DNA of 63,550 bases, filler included, from Neolecta irregularis DAH-3 (taxonomy: Eukaryota), in NCBI GenBank assembly GCA_001929475.1. It is 11 parts of 11 records of this genome, joined end to end, with 100 filler letters (N's around TTAATTAATTAA, not from the genome) between each part and the next. Parts side by side here need not be neighbours in the genome. Positions count along the whole stretch, not along the records: positions 43,415 to 51,937 come from LXFE01004069.1; positions 52,038 to 53,329 come from LXFE01000538.1; positions 53,430 to 58,921 come from LXFE01000539.1; positions 59,022 to 60,300 come from LXFE01000540.1; 7 more parts are not named here. One strand, 5' to 3'. Below are positions 50,909 to 60,400 of the stretch, in pieces. Every line of letters begins with the position of its first letter. The first letter of the stretch is position 1. The translations under genes and the position numbers were made by a program. The notes beneath the pieces were generated by a model. That model saw only the letters and a program-made list of their open reading frames with translations. It was not told the DNA's origin and did no database searches.

Positions 50909-51228
50909 GATGTGGATGGTGATGGATGTGGGTGGATGGATGGTGATGGATGTGGATGGATGTGGGTGGTGATGGATGTGGATGGATGAGGGTGGATGTC
51001 GGTGGATGTGGATGGATGTGGGTGGTGATGGATGTGGATGTGGATGGTGATGGATGTGGATGGATGAGGGTGGATGTGGATGGATGTGGATGGATGTGTA
51101 TGGATGTGGATGGATGTGGATGGATGTGGATGCGGAAAGTGATGGATGTGGATGGAGGGATGAGGGTGGAGGATGAGGGTGGAGGATGAGGGTGGAGGAT
51201 GAGGGTGGAGGATGAGGGTGGATGGATA
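50909..51228. repeat. Degenerate GGAT / GGATGT / GGATGAGGGTGGA simple-repeat array
   Basis: About 320 bp of G-rich short tandem repeats filling the LYS9-HAP5 divergent intergenic space. Confidence 0.92.
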
Positions 51229-51261
51229 GACGGGATGAACAGGAACAGAATCAGGGGCGGG

Positions 51262-51937
51262 ATGTTCGGCAATCAGGTTTACCACCACCACGTTGCCGTT
51301 GGACAGAGCTCAAGCATCTGTCTCCTTTTACGCAAATCTGAATTCTCTGCAGCCACCCAGCACGGCACCTCTGGAGAAATCAAGCCTGTCTGTACAGGAA
51401 AAGGTCGAGCTGGCACGGATTTGGCAGGATATCCTGAACGATATCAACTACGGGACGCATGGGTTCAAGACACACAACCTCCCTTTAGCGCGCATAAAAG
51501 TAGGGTTCTATCTCAATGCGTGCTGAATGGAGCAGAAAGTGATGAAAGCGGACGACGACGTCAAGGTATGAGATTGATTATGGGGGTTAAGGAGCAGTCT
51601 CAGATGATATCTGCGGAGGCGCCGGTTATATTTGCCAAGGCGTGCGACATGTTTATCATCGAGCTGACGACGCGGGCGTGGCTGCATGCGTCTGAGAGCA
51701 AGCGGCGGACGCTGCAGCGGTCAGACATTGCTGCGGCGCTGCAGAAGAGCGACATGTACGATTTTCTGATCGACGTTGTGCCTATTGAGGACTCGCACTA
51801 CAAGCACCACCGGAAGCCGTCTATTTCGAAGATGCAGACGCGGGGGTCGAGTCCGAAGGAGGCAGTGGGAGCGGGCGGGGAGCTGGAGGGGCCGGCGATG
51901 GAGGGGGGCGGGTTTGGGCTTGCGGGGGGGTACCTGG
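51262..51937 (+). CDS. HAP5: CCAAT-binding factor subunit Hap5/NF-YC (3' end cut by contig edge)
   Basis: FKTHNLPLARIK/KVMKADDDVK/MISAEAPVIFAKACDMFIIELTTRAWLHA..KRRTLQRSDIAAAL.KSDMYDFLIDVVP. The start is uncertain. Confidence 0.88.
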
Positions 51938-52037
51938 NNNNNNNNNNNNNNNNNNNNNNNNNNNNNNNNNNNNNNNNNNNNTTAATTAATTAANNNNNNN
52001 NNNNNNNNNNNNNNNNNNNNNNNNNNNNNNNNNNNNN

Positions 52038-53329
52038 TAGGGGGACGGAAATAACCCTAATTAAGGTAAGGATCCCCATAAAGAAATGAAAATATACAAA
52101 AAACTTAAAATCCATAATTTAATTATGGTAAGGACTTTTTCTTAATCCATTTACACCCCTAAGAATATACCGGGGCAGGATTTCCGTGTAAAGTCTCTGA
52201 GGGAAGGTAATAACACCCTGCTCATAATCTGAATTTTTATTATTATTATCACCAAAATTTTGGGTGCCCCGAATCCAAATATACCGGGGAAAAACACCGA
52301 AGCAAACGAGCCAAGATATATTTTAGGGTAATCTAAATGTTCAGATCATATAGCATATTTCGGATTATAATAAATTTCTTTTCAGAAATAAGGGCTTTAA
52401 GTAACCCATACCCCACAGGACATTTTGTAAAAGGCTTTGGGTATGCTCTTTTTTAAAATCTTTAGTGGGTTTTTAATTGGAATAACAAATTATCTGGTAA
52501 CTTATTTGGAACTTAATAACGTAAACATAACAATTTTCCCAAAAGTAAACATCAGGTAGATGATATAAGAAATAATTTAACTTAAACGTTTCGAATTCAT
52601 TCTATCTTTAATTTTTTTTATTTCTTCAAATCCTTCCTGAGTCTGATCTAAATTTTTGTGGATTCATTCGGCAATCATACAAAAATCTAAAAAGTTTAAT
52701 TGGTTTACACCATAAATTGGATATTGCTTAAAGAAAGGTATAAGCTTACTATAAATACCATTAAATTCATTAACTCTAAATACTACTAACAGATTGCTAC
52801 TAGATTTCTCAATCTGACCTGTACCTAGACATTTACAGAAACTTTTCAATAATTCTATTTCACGAAGATCTATAGAAAGAGAAAAATCTAATGATACATT
52901 AAACCCTCAAATTGATTTGATACACTTGGTAATCTTACACTTAAATACTCCTTTAGCCGAAGCTGCGCCAGCTAGAAAATTCAGATTGTCAATTTCTTTT
53001 TTTACAATTGGAGGTATATTTTCTAATTGAATATTTGGGAATGCTATTTTGAATTTCTCCGGAATAAAGGAATGAAGAGTACATTTAAGATTTAAGATCT
53101 TTTGAAAACCCTCAGAAGTATATCGTTCTTGCTGCGCAGCTAGATTTAAAATATCTTTAAATATAATTAAATCGTCTTGTTTATGCGTTAATAATGGGAA
53201 CTTTTCAAAAAAGTTCGGCGGGGGAGGGGCTTCGCACCTCCCCTGTTGAACCTACGAAATTTTCAAGAAATGTAAATGCAAGCAAAGCTCTCGGGGGAGG
53301 GGTTAGGTAGGGCGGGAGGTTCTCTGAGC
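52038..53329. other. Mitochondrial DNA contig or NUMT (AT-rich with GC clusters)
   Basis: Abrupt AT-rich composition, short G/C runs, and an ORF that is open only if TGA=Trp. Confidence 0.75.
52577..53213 (-). CDS. Two-motif LAGLIDADG homing endonuclease/maturase, C-terminal about 210 aa (genetic code 4)
   Basis: FFEKFPLLTHK..EGFQKILNLK..NFLAGAASAKGVF..IPFFKQYPIYGVNQLNFLDFC.IAE(W)..TQEGFEEIKKIKDRMNSKR. The frame is continuous across two TGA codons. Confidence 0.85.
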
Positions 53330-53429
53330 NNNNNNNNNNNNNNNNNNNNNNNNNNNNNNNNNNNNNNNNNNNNTTAATTAATTAANNNNNNNNNNNNNNN
53401 NNNNNNNNNNNNNNNNNNNNNNNNNNNNN

Positions 53430-53623
53430 TGGAATTGCACTTCCTTGCGTGTCGTTGGATCTGATATCGATGTTCATCCGTCCTAGGATCAGCAATTGTA
53501 CCGAGCAAAGAAATATACGATCCAAAATAATAAGCTCCCCCATGGACGTACATTAAAAGGTTCTTTGTCCCCACAACTTCCTTTGGCTCGACGATCTGAA
53601 TTTGAAGTTTCTTTCTCCTATAC
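53430..53623 (+). repeat. Variant duplicate of 54979-55172, placed before a 10-N scaffold gap
   Basis: 194 bp identical apart from two substitutions (one intronic, one synonymous Leu). Confidence 0.9.
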
Positions 53624-53633
53624 NNNNNNNNNN

Positions 53634-55550
53634 TTTCTTGATGTTCTCACTTCCTTTCATGATACTTCGGATTTCTTCCGGATCCTGTAGCGCGGCGATT
53701 GAACTAAGCGGAGGACGCTCATCTCCAAACATTCCACCCAAGAATCCATTCTTCTTCGCCTGGGCGTAGCTTTTCGCTCGAAGAGTTTGAACTTGGCTTT
53801 TAACAGAATGGTATTTCTTATCCCATTTAGATTTTCCGTCGAGCCAGAGCCTTATAGGACCTGGTTTAACTACGCCAATTATGTTTTTGTCAATGTTTAG
53901 ACACGGAATCTCGGAAGTACACTCCATAGCCCTAATATTCCCGTTGATATCAACGCGCTCTCGAATAATGCTTTTCGTGAAATCGGATATTATCCCTTTC
54001 GGATTCTTGGAAATATGCTTGATACTGGATGACGAAGTAAACCTTGACTCGTTCAATGCCCAGATATGGAAATTTGCAACGGCGCGGTACATGTATTTCG
54101 CAGGCTTTGTGAAACTTAAGGCAGGTGTAACATGACCTAGAGCATCAGCAAAGACTTTACAAGGAGTTTACAGCAAGAATCGTAGACTTGCAAGTAAACT
54201 TGTGTAGGAGGATATCGTTCCAGCTCCCTTCGTTTGAGTGGTGAAAGGCAATCATCCCTTGGAGGGTAAGACTTTGGATCCGAAGCTTTATGAGCTACGA
54301 ATATGATTTCGTCGCGAATCCTTTCCGCCCCACCTGCAATCCATTTAGTCAGCATGAATTAAATGCATGAAGAGTACGATAAATAAGGGACAAAGACCGC
54401 CTAGGCTTGCTTGAAGGACAGGACTGACTAGAGGAAAATCAAGCAATTCGTTCGATGCATAAAGCTGAATCTGTTCTTTTATTTCGACCATAGTCCCATC
54501 CAATTCAATTCGAATTCTTTCGACGGGTTTAACTTGACCTGATTTTGCTTCTTGGACGCTTGTTTCCTCGGCTTTAAGCGATTCATTCTGCACAGCTTCT
54601 AGATCTTCAATTGTGGGAGGTGGCCATGTGATGCTTGGTTTGTGGATGAATCCATGAGCAGGTATATAATCATCTGTATCTTTATCGAGAATGCTTGGAA
54701 AAGAATGAGTGAGATCGACCCAAGGAGATATGAGGCTTGCTCCGGATGGTAGAGGGATTGAAGAATCGCGGAGGATGCACAGAGTGGCTAGGATCAAACT
54801 CCCGCCTGCCGAATCTCCAGATAAAAGAATACGAGACGGCGAAGAGATTGTTAAAAGGTGCAAGTAGCATGCAAGAATGTCAAGAAGGCCGCATGGGAAT
54901 GGATATTGGGGAGCAAGACGATACCGCGGGGCTTGAATATAAGCAAACTGAGTTATGAAGCAAGAATACCGTATGCTCTGGAATTGCACTTCCTTGCGTG
55001 TCGTTGGATCTGATATCGATGTTCATCCGTCCTAGGATCAGCAACTGTACCGAGCAAAGAAATATACGATCCAAAATAATAAGCTCCCCCATGGACGTAC
55101 ATTAATAGGTTCTTTGTCCCCACAACTTCCTTTGGCTCGACGATCTGAATTTGAAGTTTCTTTCTCCTATACATCCACCATCTTCGTCCTCCAACCCTTT
55201 CCAACCCCTCTGGTCCGAGATTTGTGGCCAAAATATCACCTGCGTTCTCTATTATTTCTTCAGGTACATCGACATTCTGCACGAGGACACGCGGGGAAGC
55301 TGGGACGTGCATCGACGTAAACGATTGAATTTCCTCCACCGTATGATGAGAGGCATACTCAAGGAACTTGGAAATAAGTGCGAAGCCCTCATGGTAAGAC
55401 AACTGTTTGGAAGGTTTGTCTTTCAAGGCATTTTGGTTTAGATAGTGAACAAAAAAGGTCTTGAACACAGTACCGGTCCTGATTATTCAGACTTTTGGAC
55501 CAGTCTAGATAATACGTATGAGCAGCAATCGTTGCGGTATTAAAACCCAT
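53634..55550 (-). CDS. Alpha/beta-hydrolase (HSL-like lipase/esterase), multi-exon, 3' end in gap
   Basis: YVHGGAYYFGS, APRYRLAPQYPFPCGL.D, LSGDSAGG, LISPWVDLTHSFPS and GGAERIRDE. Confidence 0.9.
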
Positions 55551-55669
55551 CTTGAGATCCCAGTAGCCGGGGGATTCGGAGATAAGACACTGTCTTGCAG
55601 GATGTCGTCTCCCAAAATGGGAAATCACGTACTTTAATTTCGATCGGCTTTACGAATCAGTCTTGAAGT

Positions 55670-58600
55670 ATGACTGGCCTTCCGTCTGAACTCCAGACAC
55701 TAGCCTCGAATTTCGCACAACGGAGATCAGAAGCTTTCCAAAAAGTACGCATGCGATGTATCTAGACTAATGGAGCAGCTTCGGCCAATCTGCGTTGAGC
55801 TTTCCAACCTTACTCTCTCAGCTTCTCCAATTCAAAATCACAAAGAACTCGTACTAGTGCTCTCAAATCTACTCCAAACGCTTCAATCCATAGATAAATC
55901 AGTATTCGATCAAAAATTGGGCGACTATGTATTTTTCCCCTTCTCCAATCTACTTCGTCAACGGAATGATCTGGGAGATAGAGAGCTGGAACTTCTTCTC
56001 AGATGTCTCGATTATTTGATCGGATCGGCTTGGTCTAGGGGCACTCCTGAAGAGTTATATCGTCAGTTATTCCTGCTGGTCACTTTCATCCTTGGCGGGT
56101 CGCCGGGTAAGAATAACAGCGTGTTGAAGTCGGAAGATTCCAAGCTGGCAGTCGTAAAATGTCTCCAAACTTTGTTTCGTGCAGTCAAGGCATCTTCTAT
56201 TCATCAAAATACAAGAAATCTGTTCGTTGAAGATATTAAAATCTGGCCAGCGTTGGGCCATTGCGTGGTTTCGCTCCTGGATTTGTTAGTCCAAGAAAGT
56301 TTCCCGGTTTTGAAACAGGAGATCTGCCATACAATCTCTTTCCTTTATATCGAGACCATTAGCGATGGCGATATTCTAGCTGCGTTTCTACCTGGGACGG
56401 TCTCGGCCATCTGCAAAGTCCTTCAAGCAGAGAACTTCACTCGACATTCAGATCTTATCTGCGCAGCCATTCGGCTACTCTACAAAACAACTGCGGTTTG
56501 CCTATCTGACAAACACTATGCAGATATTAAAAATGGGCAATCACCTGTCGTTAATAGCCCTGATACCGTGGGAATCGTAAATCGGACAGAACAATGGTTT
56601 GAAGCATCAAAAGGCCAAATTAAAATTGCCCTTGGAACAATATATACCTTACGTTCACATATTCATTCCGCTGTTCGCCTTGCATATTTCGAGATGTCGA
56701 GAACCCTTCTTGAAGATTGTCATCAAACGCTAAAACATTGTTCTGATATGTTTCTTCAGACAATCATGCAATACACACTAGACCCTGATGTTAATCTTCA
56801 AAAGGAAAGCAAGAAGTTTCTCTCATCATTACATGTTGAAAGTGGGTTTGGGGCATTAGTCAAGTCTTCAGTTCAACAGAGTTGTTATAACTGGGTGATG
56901 TCAATGCCTCGAATCTTATCTGGACAAGACGAAAATTCTAAACAGTCTGTTTTAACTAATGTCATTACGGCTGTCGACTTTCTCGGGAACTCAGCATCAA
57001 TGAATTTAATATCAGTTGAATTATTAGCCCAGAATTTGCGAAGCTCTTTAAAATTTGACAAGATTCGTTCGATTCAGACATCAAACCAATTGATTATTAC
57101 AGATGGCAACGAAAAAGTAGATCTTTCTTATCAAAGATTTGAGCTAGAGTATATCAACGACAAAGACACGTTAAACATTCTTGGACAACTCATTTCACAA
57201 CTAGGCGCATCCTCGATCGGGCTCGGATTATCGAGAATTTATCTTTCTGACATTGGACACGAGTCGCAACAATCAGTTTCCTCTTTGTGGCTGTTAATCC
57301 ACCTCCTCGAGGGTGGATTAAAAGCTGATCCAAGCGATCCCGAATTCAGATTATTAATACTAGATCTCTACAATCAGTCATCAATATTCCTCTCTGAGAA
57401 TTCAAGTCCAGATAACTCGGAATTAACGATATGTCTGCACCTACAATCTATATCCCTAGCCTCCAAGCTCCTAGGATCAGACTTTGAAACTGAACTTGTT
57501 CAAGTGCTCTACCTGGTAACGCAATACCTTCCCAACTCTGTAATTCGTTCATTTTCACATACTACGCTACACCATTTGTCGGTAAACCTTGGATACCCTT
57601 CAATTCAATCTCTCCTCATCAAAAACGCGGATTACCTTGTTAACGCCGTATCCCTCCGTTTAAACTGTTTCGATATAACCCCAAACGTTCCAATGGTCTT
57701 TCTAGGCGTCATTAGAATAGCCGGACCAGCTATCATTCCATACCTTGAAGACGTCGTTGACTCGATATTCGGGGTGTTGGACGGATACCATGGATATTTC
57801 AAATTAGTGGAAAGTTTCTTTGTGGTATTGGAAGGCATTGTTAATGAAGTTGCAAAGAATGTCGATGCCCCAAGAATCGAGACTCGAGAATCGTTACTTC
57901 ATGATGGAGTCTGTAAAGAGATTAGAGCGTTTGCACGGTTACTCGAAAGAATGAGAAACGAACAACATGTTGATCCAGAGTCCTTATCGAATGATATGGA
58001 AGCTATTGAAGAAACAGAGGTAGAATCTATGGATATATCCACACCACCCTGTACTTTACATTCTACATCAATAGATATCGTTCGGAAAATAGTTGATAAA
58101 TCGCAATATTTCCTGACTCATCAATCGTCGACTCTTCGATACCGGTTGCTACATCTGATTTCTTCGGCGTTGCCGTTATTAACTACTGCAGAAAAACAAT
58201 TGCTTCCTTTGATCAATGCGATTTGGCCGCCGGTAGTCTCTAGGTTGAAAGACGATGAGTCGCATGTGGTCGTTGAAGCGCTTTTGACTTTGGGGAAATT
58301 GTGTCTCGTTTCAAAGGACTTTATGAGTGTGCGATTCGAAGAATCTGCTTGGCCTGTCATTAAGAATTATCTAAAAGAGTTGCGTGGGAATGTTGTACGA
58401 GATAAGAGTAATCCATACGCGCGACAGTCAAGATTACTTTTTGCGATCTTTGAAACCTTGGAGATGGCCTTAAAGAACATTCGGGTTCTAGATAAGTTGT
58501 TTGATGAAATTCTCGATGCTGTTTGCCAGTTCGGGGAAATTACGTTAGTCAATCAAGTTCAACAAAAATTGGATAGACTGATCGAGGCTTTGAGGATTAT

Positions 58601-58697
58601 CAACGCGGATGCAGTTTGGCTTGAAAAGAGTATACGGTCAAGATCAATCTGTGCTACGCCTTGTAAAGATATATGCGATAATATTATCTTTGCATAG
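55670..58697 (+). CDS. TTI1: TEL2-interacting protein 1 (TTT complex HEAT-repeat subunit)
   Basis: AFQK/LRPICVELS, LGDYVFFPFSNLL, AAFLPGTVSAI, NADYLVNAVSLRL and LLPLINAIWP. It has a short first exon plus a 975-aa exon. Confidence 0.88.
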
Positions 58698-58735
58698 AAA
58701 GAGAGGGGGTTAAACTGGCTATAAGATAACTGCCT

Positions 58736-58921
58736 CTACTCGGAATCCTCATCAGCTTCATCCAACCACTTGAGGAAGGGTTGAGCGGATTTTCGGACTT
58801 TTTTGCTTATTTCCTTCTCAACATAACGCTTACTGGCTTTGGCTCCCCACTTTGAGACAACATCCTCAGAGATAAGGTCATACTCATAATATGCCATGAG
58901 TATTTTGGGAACAGCTGGAAT
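58736..58921 (-). CDS. TIF5: Translation initiation factor eIF5, C-terminal W2 end (partial)
   Basis: VPKILMAYYEYDLISEDVVSKWGAKASKRYVEKEISKKVRKSAQPFLKWLDEADEDSE*. Confidence 0.88.
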   Translation of the reverse strand: MPAVPKILMAYYEYDLISEDVVSKWGAKASKRYVEKEISKKVRKSAQPFLKWLDEADEDSE

Positions 58922-59129
58922 NNNNNNNNNNNNNNNNNNNNNNNNNNNNNNNNNNNNNNNNNNNNTTAATTAATTAANNNNNNNNNNNNNNNNNNNNNNN
59001 NNNNNNNNNNNNNNNNNNNNNGTATGGAATAGACCTTTTGGTATAGGACTCATCATCCATAGACTCTTCGCCCGGTACTAAGCTAAGTCCCTTGTTGGTA
59101 GTAGCATAGCGTAAGGACAGAGAACCATC

Positions 59130-60240
59130 CTTACATCATCCACACTAATGCAACACTATCTGATTTTCGAAATGCACTATCACACAACATTCCAACAGTT
59201 TTTCTGTGCCCAACAGAGTCTCCGAGTTGGCAGATCTATTGAACAATGAGTGAGAGTGGCATTGGTCTTTGTGAAACAGACGAATTTAAGGCTCTGAATT
59301 CGAAATATGGACCTGCCTTTCAGATTTTGGCAGTTGTGTTAAATAACTAAAGTATGGAGATTTTGAGCAAAGCCGAAAACGCTTGAGAGACTCATTGAAG
59401 ATTTTGGTAAAGCTTTATATCCATGGCCCTTCTGATATCCTAGTTATCCACTGAACCTATTAATGATCACCAACAAATAGCGAAAGATGTTATTAAAGGT
59501 CTTTTCAAGATATTCAGTGATAAGCCGGAAAACTTAAAATACAACAAGATAGACGATTGGGAACATAAAATCTGCCTGCTTTGTGACCAATCACTATACC
59601 AAAGCCAAAGAGGTATTGCCTTGTCGTTCTTGGATATTGCTTATTGTTGCAGGAAACCACGCTCGGTGTTGTCTATTGTAGATGCAACTGTGCAACTAGA
59701 TAAATCTGTGGAAAATATACAGGATCCCACACTGGATCCCATAACGCCACCAGTATATGAAATAGACGAGTTGATGGATCTTCTGGACAATAAGCCAGCG
59801 AATGGCATTGCTCTTTGCGATAGAGCCTTATATAATACTCTGAGAGCGAATTATGGATGCGCCTGCCATATTGTGGCAGTCGTTTTGAAGGGTTGCCAAC
59901 CAACTATCGACCACTTCACAAGTTATCACAATTTTGAGCAAAGTTGAAGACTTTTGAGAGACTCATTGCAGTTTTTGGAAAATTTTATGACTATGACCCT
60001 TCTGATATTCTAGTTTTCTGCATTAGAGCCCACCAATGACTTCAAACAAAAAGCAAAGGAAGTTATTGAAGGTCTTTTCATGGAAGCCAGTCAAGATCAG
60101 CCGACAAACTAGGAATACAGCAACAAGCAAAAGAATGGGCATGCAAGGTCCTTGCGCCTACTTTGCGACCAATCACTTTGTCAACGCCAAAGAGGTATTG
60201 CCTTTTACTTCCTAGATGCTGTTTATTGTTGCATGAGTCA
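59130..60240 (+). pseudogene. Two diverged tandem (about 575 bp) copies of the orphan domain family, interrupted by stops
   Basis: GIGLCETDEFKALNSKYGPAFQILAVVL (about 59257-59343) and GIALCDRALYNTLRANYGCACHIVAVVLKGC (about 59803-59896). LLCDQSL.Q.QRGIA..FLD..YCC occurs twice. Confidence 0.6.
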
Positions 60241-60400
60241 TACTTCAACTTCTCAGCTGCCTAGAAAGCGAGCAAAAACAGATGATGTCAAAACTGCTGA
60301 NNNNNNNNNNNNNNNNNNNNNNNNNNNNNNNNNNNNNNNNNNNNTTAATTAATTAANNNNNNNNNNNNNNNNNNNNNNNNNNNNNNNNNNNNNNNNNNNN

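Noticed and set aside
50752-51291. His/Pro-rich ORFs (HPHPSTS) and the Trp/Met/Asp-rich antisense ORF
   Set aside because: These are translations of the GGAT simple repeat, which lacks stops in several frames. The real LYS9 start is at about 50907.
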